DNA of 63,064 bases, the filler included, from Chiloscyllium plagiosum (lineage: Eukaryota): the NCBI RefSeq assembly GCF_004010195.1. It is 5 parts of one record of this genome, joined end to end, with 100 filler letters (N's around TTAATTAATTAA, not from the genome) between each part and the next. Parts side by side here need not be neighbours in the genome. Positions count along the whole stretch, not along the records: positions 37,576 to 52,429 come from NC_057710.1; positions 52,530 to 59,168 come from NC_057710.1; 3 more parts are not named here. One strand, 5' to 3'. The translations under genes were made by a program, and so were the position numbers. Within the stretch, counting starts at the first letter, position 1; each line of letters opens with the position of its first letter. The notes below the pieces were generated by a model. That model did not search any database. It was given only the letters and a program-made list of their open reading frames with translations, and was not told the origin of the DNA. Below, piece by piece: positions 47,190-59,268 of this stretch.

Positions 47190-49750
47190 GATCAGAGAAC
47201 TATTGAATGTGATCGTTTTGGACTTTCAGAAGGTTTTGACAAATTCTCAGAGAAGATTAATGTACACAATTAAAGTGCATGGGATTAGGGAAATTGAGAA
47301 GGATCGAAAATTGGTCAACAGACAGGAAACAGAGTTGGAATAAATGGATCTTTCTGAATGATAGGCAGTGACTAGTGGGGTACTGCAGGCGTACATACTC
47401 AGATCCCAACTGTTCACAATATACATTAATAATTTAGATGAAGGAACTAAATGTAATACCTCAAGACTGGGTGGAAGGCCAGTTTTGAGGAGGATGCAGA
47501 GATGTCGCAGTGTGATTTTGATAGGCTGAATGGGCAAGTGCATGTCAGATGCAGTATAATGTGGAAAAATGTGAGGTTATCACTTTGGTAGCAAAATTAG
47601 GAGGGCAAATTATTATTTGAATGACTGTAAATTGATAGAGGGGAATGTTCAATGAGACCTGGCTGTCTTTGTGCACCAGTCACTGCATCTAAGCATGTGT
47701 AGGTACAGCAGGCAGTAAAGAAGGAAAACTCTAAGTTAGCCTTCATAGTGAGGGGATTTGAGTACAGTGAACAAATATATTATATATATATATGAGCCAT
47801 TGATGAGACCACACCTGGAATAGTGTGCGCACAGTTTTGGTCTTCTGGTCTAAGGAAGGATGCCCTTGCTGAAGAGGGAGTGCAGCAAATGTTTAGCAAA
47901 TTGATTCCTGGGATGACAGTACATGGAGAGAGATTGAGTCAGTCAGAATTGTATTTACTGGAGTTTTGAAGAATGTGTGGGGGTGGGTGTGGGGGTGGGT
48001 GTGGCGGGAGGAAATCACATTAAAAAAAACTATAAAATTCTAACTGGACAAGGCAGATTAGATGCAGAAAGGATGTTCCCAATGGCAGGGACTTCAAATT
48101 AAGAATCATAGTTTTAGGACTGAGAGGAGAAGAAATTTCCTCAACCAGGGTGTGGCGAGCCTATCGAATTCAAAAACCACAAAAAATGGTTGAGGCCAAA
48201 ATATAGTGTTTTCAATATAGCTCTTATGGCTAAAGTGATCAAGGGTTATGGGGAGAGGATCGGATTAGGATATTGTTATGACACAGGTTAAGCTCTTCTG
48301 CTTAATTTAAAACCACAACAGAAAAGATTTATCCCCTGCAGTAATCTGTGGAAATTCGATAGTCCAAGAATTAGACAAAATAAAAATTAATAACTTTATA
48401 TCTTAAAATATAACAGAGAATAATTATCTAACAACTACTTACAATTCCTTCTTTTAATCTATCTTTTATCCTCCCTTCTATAACACTAGTCCAATAAAAC
48501 TCCCGATTACGATCTACAAAACAAAACTTCTTATCTCAAAACCAGGCAGCTTTTGTTCTTCTCTGTATTTTGGTCTTTTTTTCTTCTTGGGGATTCTGCT
48601 TCACAGGTTACTGATCAATAAAGGTAAGCTAAGAGAGCTATTTTTCGGGCAACCAGCTAATCAAGTTGTTCGACCAAATGTTACATTATACTTTATTTTC
48701 ACAACACTTGGTTCTGTCAGGTAGTTCTGTTGTTTTTAACTCTCTTAAAGGTACAGTCCACCCACATCTTCATAATATCTCCCCCCTTAAGAAAGAAATT
48801 AACTATCAGAATGAAAAGATGGCTTTTTATTTCCTACTTTTTAAGCCCATTACCCTAACATACAGAAAACTTCAATGTACGGTCACCTTAACTTCTTCCC
48901 ATATATCTATAAACATTAAATAAATGCAAATCTCATCTAACCTTCATCAGTTAAATCTGTCATAACACATCTGCAATTACATCCTTTACGACTTGCAAAG
49001 TGTATAATTTTAAAATTAAAAGTCTCTAACATAAGACTCAAACGAAATAGCCTCATATTCTAGTCTTTAAAGCCTTAAAGAATGTAAGTGGGCTGTGATC
49101 CATGTACATCACCTTCTCAGACATATTGTTCGGGACATGCGCATTAAAATTTTCCAAGGCCAGTACTAAACTCAATAGTTCCTTTTCGATTGTGGAGTAT
49201 TTTCTCTGGTGGATGTTGATCTTCTTTGAAAAGTAACCAAGTGGCAGTTCAATCCCATCGTCATCTTCCTATTGGAGTATAGCTCCAACTCCTATGTCAC
49301 GAGTATCGATGGCGACTTTAAAAGGTTTTGAAAAGTTTTGTGTAGCTAAAATTGGTGCTGTGGTTAATAAGGCTTTCAAATGACTCCTGGCATTGTTCAG
49401 TTCACCAAAATTGTGTGTTCTTCTTCAGCAAAGCGGTTAACGGTGCCACTACACTGTGATGTTTGGAATAAACTTCCAATAGAATCCGCTGAGTCCTAAG
49501 AATCAAAGCACCTCTTTCTCCAAGGTTGGTCATGGAAATTCCTCGATGGCCTTCGTCTTTGCGTTCCATGAGATCAACCTTCCGTAACCCATGTTATGTC
49601 CCAAGAACATCACCTCTACATTTTGGACCTTAGCCTTCATAACAGTATTGAACTTGATGATCAATCAGGATCATATCAAATGGTGGAACAGACTCAGTTG
49701 GGGGAGCGGGGGGGGGAAATGGCCTACTTCTGCTGTTAACTTCTATGTAA
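47190..49750 (+). mobile_element. Degraded CR1 split by a Gypsy insertion
   Basis: LDFQK, YINNLD motifs; 3' tail resumes at 49645. Confidence 0.7.
48274..49644 (-). mobile_element. Internally deleted Ty3/Gypsy LTR retrotransposon
   Basis: LTR 48274-48777 (tgttatga...tcataata), PPT aaggggggaga, RNase H/RT remnants (PFKVAID...GVGAIL, PLGYFSKK...RKYSTIEKELL, FLGLSGFY); far end tcataaca; near-TSD atat/gtat. Confidence 0.85.
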
Positions 49751-50836
49751 TACAACAAAGCAAATTTGAGGCTTTGTAAAATAGTACAGGACGCAATGGT
49801 GAACATAATCCGACATGTGAATTGATGTTTGTCTTAAAATTATATCTAGGAAAAAGTGAAACTGACACCAGCAACACTAATAACAGACATGAAAATAATA
49901 CAAGAAGAATACTAAGCTGTATACAGTTACTGCATTATGTGTGTTCTAGTTTGGTGAAGCAACTTTGAATTGGAGATAGGACACAGCAGAATGATTTAAT
50001 GTTTTTGACCGGTATTCTTAATAATGAACCTTTTAGTATCAACAAAGAGTCGAAATCAACAATAACTGGTCAAAGAGCAAGAGGATCAAACTGTTATATT
50101 GAGAGAGCAGCGATCAGACCACTAAAGCCTTTCTTTCTCCCTTAACAGCAATTTTAAAATAAATAGTCAGAATTATTTCTCTAAGCACTCTCTAAATTTA
50201 CAATTTAAGGTTAAACATGGCAATCCTCCCACAATCAAGACATGGCTATTTTAAGAACATTTGTGAATAGCATCCTAGAGTTTGCATTTGCACAATCTAA
50301 TGAAAGCAGTTCAAATCTGCCCATGTACTGCAATTTTCTTTGGTTCATTCTAAGCAATACTGAACCTGAGCCTGTCTCAATTATAAGTAAAACCTATACA
50401 TTATGCATTATTTTAAATGTTCCACTATTAACATGTCATGAGACCGAGACATTGGTCAAATTAGTGAAACAAAAATAATTCCCTCAATGTTATTGAGGAA
50501 AATTTAAGATTCTGCACTTCTGACATATGAAAACTGGCTTTTCAAGAGTCAGTGAACAGAGTAGGTAAGGGACTGAAAGTTACGTAATTCCCCCCCCCCC
50601 CCAATCAAACACCAAGGATGGGTAGTGAACATGCTCCAATGAGATCTACTTAGACAAACCCAGAGTGCATTTAATTAACGCATTTAAAAAAAAACTGCTT
50701 TAATGAAGTAGCTTTCTTCTAGAAATTGATTTAAAAAGTCAAACATTTGTGCAGAATTTAACATGTAAAATACTAAGAAGTATAAAACATTATACAGTGC
50801 AAAGGAGAAAAGAAACAGACCATCAGTTACCACTTA

Positions 50837-51800
50837 AGACCATAAGACAAAGGAGGAGAAATGTGACCATTGAGTCTGCTCCGACATTCAATCATGGCTT
50901 ATAAGTTTCTCATCCCCATTCTTCCACTTTCTCCCCATAACCCTTGATATTCAAGAACCCATCTCGGTCTCAAATATACTCAATGACCTGGCGTCCAGAG
51001 CCTTCTGTGGCAATGAATTCCATAGATTCACCACTTTCTGACTGAAGAAGTTTCTCCTTATCTCTGTTCTGAAAGGTCTTCCCTTTACTCTAATGCTGCG
51101 CCCTTTAGTCCTAGTTTCTCCTACCAATGGAAGCATCTTCTCAAAATCCACTCTGTCCAAGCCATTCATTATTCTGTATGTTTCATTTAGATTCCACCAC
51201 CCCCATCCTTCTAAACTCCATTGAGTCTCAACCCTGAGTACTCAAACATTCCTCATATGTTAAGCTTTTCAATCCTGGGATCATTCTTGTGAACCTCCTC
51301 TGAACGCACTCGAGGGTCAGTACATCCTTCCTGAGATATGGAGCCAGAAACTGCGCACAATATTTCATGTAAGAGTCTGAAAGACTCTCAGAAGTACATC
51401 CCTGCTTTGATATTCAAGTCCTCTCAAAATAAATGCCATTATTGCACATACCTTCCTAACTACTGACTCAACCTGCACGTTTACTTTGAGAGACTCCTGG
51501 ACGAGAACTCCCAAATCTCTTCAGACTTCTGAATTTTCTCCCCATTTAGAAAACAGTCCATGCCTCTACTCTTCCTACCAAAGTGCATGACCTCACACTT
51601 TGCCAGGTTGTACTCCATCTGCCACTTCTTTGCCCACTCTCCTAACCTGTCAAATTCTTCTGCAGCCTCCCCGCCTCCTCAATGTGACCTGTCCCTCTAC
51701 TTATCTTTGCATCATTTGTAAATTTAGCCAGAATACCCTCAGTTTCTTCATCTAGATCTTTAATGTATGAAGTGAAAAGTTGTGGTCCCAATACTGAGCC
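50837..51800 (-). mobile_element. CR1 3' fragment
   Basis: KGRPFRTEIRRNFFSQKVVNLWNSLP; gaccataagac tail. Confidence 0.85.
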
Positions 51801-52429
51801 TTGTAAATGATATGTGGAGCTTGTTCAAGGAGCAACTATTGAGTGTCCTTGATAATTATGTACCTGTCAGGCAAGGAGGAAAGGGTCGTGCGAGGGAGCC
51901 GTGGTTTAATAAGGAATTGGAATCCCTTGTTAAATGGAAGAGGGCGGCCTATCTCAAGATGAGACGTGAAGGTTCAATTGGGGCGATTGAGAGTTATAGG
52001 GTAGCCAGGAAGGACCTGAAGAGAGAGCTAAGAGCAGCAAGGAGGGGACATGAAAGGTCCTTAGTCGGTAGGATTAGGGAAAACCCTAAGGCTTTCTATA
52101 GGTATGTTAGGAATAAAAGAATGACTAGGGTAGGAATAGGTCCAGTCAAGGATAGTAGTGGGAAGTTGCGTGTGGAGGCGGAAGAGATTGGGGAGACACT
52201 GAATGAATACTTTTCTTCAGTATTTACTCAGGAACAGGGCATTGTCGTCGATGTGAATACTGAGTCACAAATAAGTAGAATGGATGGCTTTGAGGTATGT
52301 AGAGAAGAGGTGCTGGAAACCCTGGAAAAGGTGAAAATAGATAAGTCCCCTGAGCCTGATGGCATTTATCCTAGGATTCTCGGGGAAGCAAGGGAGGAGA
52401 TTGCAGAGCCATTGGCCTTGATCTTTATG
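51801..52429 (+). mobile_element. CR1 ORF2 tether region
   Basis: PWFNKEL, ENPKAFYRYV, LNEYFSSVFT, KSP.PDGIYPRIL. Confidence 0.9.
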
Positions 52430-52529
52430 NNNNNNNNNNNNNNNNNNNNNNNNNNNNNNNNNNNNNNNNNNNNTTAATTAATTAANNNNNNNNNNNNNNN
52501 NNNNNNNNNNNNNNNNNNNNNNNNNNNNN
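52430..52529. other. Artificial contig join
   Basis: N44-TTAATTAATTAA-N44. Confidence 0.95.
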
Positions 52530-52780
52530 GATGGGGGGTTGGAGGTCAGGGGCAGATAGGGGTTTAGAGGTCAGGGGCAGGCAGGGGAAGTTCGTGGTCA
52601 GGGGCGGACAGGAGTGGGTTAGAGGTCAGAGGCGAGATGGAATTAGAGGTCACAGGGCAGACAGGGTTTAAAGGTCAAGAGGCAGATGTGATAAGAAGTC
52701 AGGGGCTGGTTGGGTTATTGGGAAGATGAGGGGTTATAGGTCAGGGGGCGATGTGATTTTCGGTTAGAGGTGATGTGGGT
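52530..52780. repeat. Degenerate ~25-27-bp tandem repeat at the start of ATRN intron 1
   Basis: ~9 units of gg(t)ttagaggtcaggggcaga. Confidence 0.75.
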
Positions 52781-52818
52781 AAATCGCGGTCCCGGAGGCC
52801 CTCCAGCCCTCGACTCAC

Positions 52819-53072
52819 TTGAACCTGCCGCCGCAGTGCTGACACAGCTCCCCGACCCAGCCGGCTTGACACACGCACTGACCGCCCGCTGCGCTGCAGT
52901 TCCCGTGGACACACCGCTTCTCACATTCCTTGCCCTGGGCTCCGGGCCACCCGCACACCGACACACACAGCACCAACATGACGCCCCACGTCAGGAAACT
53001 CCCAGAGCCGGCAGCGACCGCCACCAGCCTCCCTCGGAACCCGGAGCCGGTCCGTCGCTCCTCCGCCGCCAT
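52819..53072 (-). CDS. ATRN: Attractin first coding exon (signal region and first EGF-like domain)
   Basis: aacATGG Kozak; MAAEERR...hydrophobic segment...KECEKRCVHGNCSAAGGQCVCQAGWVGELCQHCGGRF matches attractin (QHCGGRF rather than ATRNL1 QHCQGRF); 254 nt ending in phase-2 donor AA|GTGAGT; CpG-rich. Confidence 0.88.
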
Positions 53073-53340
53073 GTTCTCAACTTTGAGCTCGAGCCGCAGA
53101 CCGTCCCCGGGAGAAGGTGAAAAAAAACACACACTCCGCCGGCACTGCGCCTGCGCAATTCCCACTGCCGTCTGAGCATCCGCGCCCGCTCTCCTTCCCG
53201 CACATTCACACTGAGCACGCGCGCCCGCTCTCCTCGTGCTCATTCACACTCAGCATGCGCGCCCGCTCCCCTCCCGCACATGCACACTGAGCATGCGCGC
53301 CCGCTCTCCTCCCGCACATGCACACTGAGCATGCGTGCTG
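53073..53340 (-). promoter_or_regulatory. CpG-rich ATRN 5' UTR/promoter with NRF1-like sites
   Basis: TGCGCCTGCGCA at 53146-53157; 38-39-bp tandem repeat starting at 53172, 53211, 53249, 53287, 53325, each with TGAGCATGCGC-like motif. Confidence 0.7.
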
Positions 53341-53679
53341 CTTCTCCATCTGCAGCCACTCCAAGCAAGATGTCCTTACTTCTCTTTGTATTCCCTTTGC
53401 AAAAAGCCAACATTCGATTTGCCTTTCCTTTTTTTTTCTAGACACAAAGTGCACGAATCTTTATTCAAATTCCACCACCAGGAAGATAGGAAAACACCCG
53501 CGTGGCCAGAGATTTGCCTTTCCTATTAGCCACTGAAAGTGGATGCTAGTTTATTTTGTGATGGAATGACATGCTTTTTTCCGCCAGTGATGGAGGAAAA
53601 CACTTAATCAACCTTCTTCATTATGTGTTGTACTAGCCTGTTAACTTTTTTTTGACTTATGCAAAGGGACATCTCGGAT

Positions 53680-55440
53680 TAGCTACCGTGCCTTCCCTTG
53701 CTTTATATAAGTCATTGGTGAAAATTGTAAAACTTTGAGCCTCGTGCTGACCCCTGTGGAACACCATTCGTCAATGTGCCAGTCAAAGACATTTTTATGC
53801 GTACCCAAATATTTTTGACAGCCAACCAGTTTTCTATCCATTTGGAAAAGTTAACCCTGAACCATAAACTTTTGATTTCTGCAATGACCTTTGCGCCACC
53901 TCATCTCGTGCCAGCTGGAACTCCAAGTTTAATTTGTCTTCCCTTTATCCACAGTACATGTTACACTTTTAACAAACTCCAATAAGTTAGTCAAAGATGA
54001 TTTCCCTTCAATGAAACCATGAAGACTCTTCCTGGTTACTTTGAGTTTTTCTAAGTGTGCAACTGTAATCTCATGAATGTTCAATTCTGACACCTTCCCT
54101 ATAACCAATGTCAAGCTAACAGCCCTGTTGGTTCTTGCTTCCTCCTTTCCTCCGTTTTTGAATAGACAAGTTACGTTTGCTACTTTCCAGTCTGATTGAA
54201 CTTTTCCTGAACTGAGACAATTTTGGAAACTTAATACCAACACGTATTAGCTCTGGATAAAGTTTATTTGGTCCCAGAGACTTGACAGCCTGCACTTCCA
54301 TCAGGTTACTCAGTATTATTTCTCTCGAGATTATAATTTTCACCTCCTGATTTAGAGTTATAACTGGCATTTTTGTATCCACTTTATTGAAGATTTAAGT
54401 AAAATATTTGTTCCGGTACCATTTCCTTGTTCTCTGCTATTAGCTCCATATCCAAACACCACATCTATTATGTCCATTGCTCTTGATGTGGTCTCCTCTA
54501 CACTGGGGAGACAGGACGTAAACTTGTTTCAGAGAACATCTCCGGGATACACGCACACAACAACCCCAGAGTCCTGTGGCTGACCACTTCAACTCCTCCT
54601 CCCACTCCACCAAGGACATGCAAGTCTTGGGCCTCCTCCTCCGCCAAACCCTAATCACCTGACGCCTGGAGGAAGAAAGCCTCATCTTCTGCCTTGGGAC
54701 CCTCCAACCACACAGGATTTCACCAGTTTCCTCATTTCCCCTCCCCCACCTTATCCCAGATCCAATCTTCCAACTCGGCACCGCCCTCTTGAATTGTCCT
54801 ACCTGTCTTTCTTCCTGCCCACCTATATGCTCCAACCTCCTCTCCGACCTATCACCTTCACCCCCACCTTCATCTACTTATCACATCCCCAGCTACAGAC
54901 CCCAAGGCCCATCCCCTCCCAATTATCTCTCAGCCCCCTTCAGCCACAAGCCTCATTCCTGATGAAAGGCTTATGCTCAAAATATTGTTTCTCCTGCCCC
55001 TCGGATGCTGCCTGACTGATTGTGCTTTTCAAGCACCACACTCTTCTACTCTGATCTCCAGCATCTACGGTCCTCACTTACTCCTTTTTTGCTGTCCGGA
55101 AGACCATCACACTCTTTGCTTACTCTGTTTGTTTTAATACCTGTAGAAATTCTTACCATCTGGTTTTACATTCATCCGAAATGAATTCCCTCTCATACTC
55201 TAATTTCTTTCTCTTTACCGATAATTTGATCAGTTTTTGCCATTTTTTCTATTGTGAATAATCATTTGACCTTTTACTTACCTTTATACAGTTATATTTG
55301 TTGTCATTAAGTTTGTTGCTTTACCCACAGTCTTTAGTTAACTATGGGTACTGGTTCAGTTTGTAGTAGGAATATACTTGCTCTGAATATTCTGAAATAT
55401 CTTATTAAAAGTCTGTTACTGGATTCCTATTGATCCAACC
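53680..55440 (-). mobile_element. Old CR1 remnant interrupted by a Penelope fragment
   Basis: DWKVANV..LFK.G, HGF..GKS.LTNLLEF. Confidence 0.7.
54440..55085 (+). mobile_element. Penelope 3' fragment (GIY-YIG remnant and pseudo-LTR)
   Basis: CSxCGLLY.GETGR.L, VADHFNS.SHS.KDMQVLGL; decayed cctgatgaaaggcttatgctcaaaa. Confidence 0.85.
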
Positions 55441-55445
55441 CCAAG

Positions 55446-56510
55446 AGATTTAAGACCATTCAGCACAGCCATTTTGGCACAAGCGATTTGGCGCGGCCTG
55501 TTTGGCGCAGCCTATTTTGCCACAGACCCATTTCAGCGCAGAACTATTTTGGCACAGATATACAGTAGTCATCTACGAAAATCAACATAATAGTAGAATT
55601 ATTAAATGGGTAGATTCCAGTAGTTTGTAGTTATCATTAAAATAACTAGTCATCAAAGAAGAACAACTGTGAGAGGGAACTTTACAAGTGATTAATGAGT
55701 GCCTCGAAAATTTATCGGAAGCTTGCCAAGGAACAATGCCTAACAACAGAAAGCTGAAGAAAATGGTTCGTAGAACAAGGAAAGAAATTGCTGCTTTCCC
55801 AGTAAATCCAAGAAATTTAGAAGAACTTGTAATTCCAAATAGCTTTAAAACATATTCTGTTAATGAATATAATGAAGAACAATTTTTACTAGCCGACAGC
55901 AGTAGCACCACTGCAGAATTCTTATATCTGGAAGAAAAAGGAATGCCGAGTTTCTGAAACAATCAAAAAAGTTATATGTTGATGGAACATTCAAAATTTC
56001 CCTCCTCTATTTTCACAAGTTTCTGTTATTTTAGGGGAAATACATAAAGGTGTGTTCCCACTGTTGTATGCTTTCCTCCCAAATAAATTACGAACAACAT
56101 ATGATAAATTATTTGAAATGGCTCTGGAAATACAGCCTGAATGCCGCCCTGACATTATCAACTGTGACTTTGAACTTGTACATCTCGTAGCAGGGATATT
56201 CTGTTGAAATTAAAGAAATTCAGGGAATTTAATGGGTTATATTTTCATTTTATTTAGAAATTTTGAGGAACCATTGTTAGGAGTGGACTAATCACAGACT
56301 AAATGCAGTTGATACACAAATAACTACAACCTAGTGGAAACTACCCATTTAATAATTCTACTTTAATGTTGATTTTCATTGATGACTACCGATGTATCTG
56401 CGTCAAAATAATTCTGTGCCTAAATGGGTCTGCGGCAAAATAGGCTGCGCCAAACAGGCCGCGCCAAATCACTCGCGCCAAAATGGCTGCGCCAAATGGT
56501 CCCACTCCGA
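55446..56510 (+). mobile_element. Mutator-like (MULE) DNA transposon, deleted derivative
   Basis: 9-bp TSD aaccccaag (55437-55445, 56511-56519); TIRs ~55454-55634 / 56320-56501; transposase remnants YVDGTFK, FPLLYAFLPNK..TTYDKLF, INCDFE. Confidence 0.9.
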
Positions 56511-56762
56511 AACCCCAAGCCTTGTTTGACAGTTCACTACAGAGGCTTAGTTTTCATGCTGATATAGGTTTAAAATATTTATTTTGAACTCAATCTCTAT
56601 AACTGAGGAAGTACAAAGGGTTTTAAACTAAACAGTTGGGGTAAGGGATCAAACGTGGAAAGATATGATACATCAAAGAGACATCTGCGGTATGTTTGCC
56701 ACTGAGCTGCCCATCAACCAACCTGCACCTGGGACCTTCTTCCTCATCATTAACCACCATAA

Positions 56763-57008
56763 TGGGCGGCATGGTGACTCAGTGGTTAGCACTGCTGGTT
56801 CTCAGTATCAGGAACCCTATTCGATTCCAGCCTTGGGTGCCTGTCTGGGTGATGGGTTTGCCTCATAGTGTGCAGAGATGTGTATGTTAGGTGGATTAGC
56901 CAAGGGAAATGCAGGGATATGGGGACGGGTGGGATGCCCTTTAAAGGATCAGTTGGACTCAGTGGACCGTATGGCCTGCTTCAACACTGTCGAGGTCTAT
57001 GACTCTAT
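56763..57008 (+). mobile_element. Diverged V-SINE
   Basis: gggcggcatggtgactcagtggttagcactgct head; CR1-like tail. Confidence 0.7.
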
Positions 57009-58719
57009 GATGTTCATGTCATCTGCAAAGCTGCCCAGATGTGGATCATAGAGTCATAGAGATGTACAGCACGGAAATAGACCCTTTGGTCCAACTCGTC
57101 TATACCGATTAGATATTCCAACCCAATATAGCCCCACCTGCCAGCACCTGGCCCATATCCCTCCAAACCCTTCCTATTCATATACCCATCCAGATCCTTC
57201 AAAAGTCACAGGGAGAAGGCAGGAGCGTGTGGTTGAGAAACGCACCAGCCATGATCGAATGTAAAGCAGACATGATCAGCTAAATAGTCTACTTTAACTC
57301 TTATGTCTTATGATCTTACACCTGTGGTATGCTACCGGGTACCAGCCTCCAGTCACACAAAGGTCCCTCTACCAGAACCCCCTATCTCTAATCATTAAGC
57401 TGCACCAAAAACTGAGTTCCTAATCTAGTGGCGCAACAATACAGGACTGCATGCATGCATACAAGCAACAAGCTAAAAGAGCAAGCTTGAGGGTATGGAA
57501 TATGTCACTCACTTCCTGACTCTCCAAATTCAGTCACCATTTCCAAGCATATGTCAAGAACGTAAGGGAGTCCTTCCCAAGTGACTGGATAACTGACGTC
57601 CCAAAGACTGTCAAGAAGCTGACTATCATCCAGGAAAAAGCAACCTACTTAATTGGGACCACATCTCCAGCCTTCAATATTCACTCCCTCCACCAATGGA
57701 AACAAATATAAACAGTTACCCTATCTTCAAGATGCCCCAAAGCAATTCACTGACAACACTTTACAAACCCACAATGACCACCAATAGTGAGAGCCAAGAG
57801 GGTAGACACAATGTAGCATCTTCATCTGTGCATACTCCTCCAAGTAATACGCCATCCTGATGGAATCTTTTTGCCAACTCCTCACTACTAAATCAAAAAC
57901 TCCTCACTGCTACCATCCCATAGCATTCTGGTGGTAAATTTACACTACAAACACTGCAGATTTTCAAGAATACTGATCTTCACACATATCAAGAACAACG
58001 ATGATACTTCCTCCACAACCCACAACCCAAAAACAAGTTTTAAATTATTACAAACATCGAAAAGATTAATTCTAGTAATGTTTAAGTTCTCCACCACTGA
58101 GCAATTTCTTAAAGGAATAAATTAAAATAATATTTATTTTTCATTCTTTTTCAGTAGCAGCTAGGTTTCTGCCAATTCATGGAGTATAGATCTTCCGACA
58201 AAATGATTTGGTTTATTGCCTACATCCCATGTAACTTCTTTGCTTCTTTTAAAATAGTTCTCTTTAGTCCAGCCTATCTTTTTTCCTGAAATCCACCATC
58301 TTTACTTCAATTGCTTTTCTTTTCATAACTGGTCGACTTGATTTTATTTGTTTTGTTAATTTGTTGGCTGCACAAACATGGATTCATTGATTGTTCCTGG
58401 TTTATTTTCTAGGCTCCTTTTCTAAGTAATCTTTCCATATTTGACTTGTTTTGTCAATGCATTCACAAGCTGCCTGTTACACTGTATCCATGCTTGTGGA
58501 GTCGGTTTCACTCATTTGTAGGACTGTCAATACCAACCACATGTTTCGCCAAGCATTGATTTCCCTAATCTTCTTGTCCTTCCCCACTCTCAAGCAAGAC
58601 TCAGTTAGTAATCCTGAGATTAGCAATTGTGAATTTCAATTCCTGAATTTATTTCCTGTAAAGAAAGAAATAATTTGCTTAATATTACACCTCACGAGGC
58701 CTCAAGGTGCACCTCACAG

Positions 58720-59168
58720 TCATAGAGTCATAGAGATGTACAGCATGGAAAAAGACCCTTTGGTCCAAGTTGTCCATGCCAACCTGTCCAACCCAATCTA
58801 GTCCCAAATGCCAGCACCCAGCCCATATCCTTCCAAACCCTTCCTATTCATATACCCATCCAAATGCCTCTTAATCCACACTGTAAGTAATCTAATCTAA
58901 TCTAATCTAAATGTTGCAACTGTACCAGCCTCCACCACATCTTCTGTCAGCTCATTCCATACACATACCACCCTCTGCGTGAAAAGGTTGCCCCTTAGGA
59001 CTCTTTATATCTTTCCCCTCTCACCCTAAACCTATGCCCTCTCGTTCTGGACTCCCCAACCCCAGGGAAAAGACTTTGTCTATTTATCCTATCCATGCCC
59101 CTCATAATTTTGTAAACCTCTATAAGGTCACCCCTCAGCCTCCGACGCTCCAGGGAAAACAGCCCCAG
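58720..59168 (-). mobile_element. CR1 3' end with a short SINE-tail insert at 58876-58909
   Basis: (gtcataga)n tail; reverse complement of 36680-37080. Confidence 0.85.
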
Positions 59169-59268
59169 NNNNNNNNNNNNNNNNNNNNNNNNNNNNNNNN
59201 NNNNNNNNNNNNTTAATTAATTAANNNNNNNNNNNNNNNNNNNNNNNNNNNNNNNNNNNNNNNNNNNN
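59169..59268. other. Artificial contig join
   Basis: N44-TTAATTAATTAA-N44. Confidence 0.95.

Noticed and set aside
52815..53243. 142-aa ORF with an upstream start extending ATRN
   Set aside because: The extension runs through the promoter tandem repeat; the ATG at 53072 has a strong Kozak context and precedes the signal-like segment
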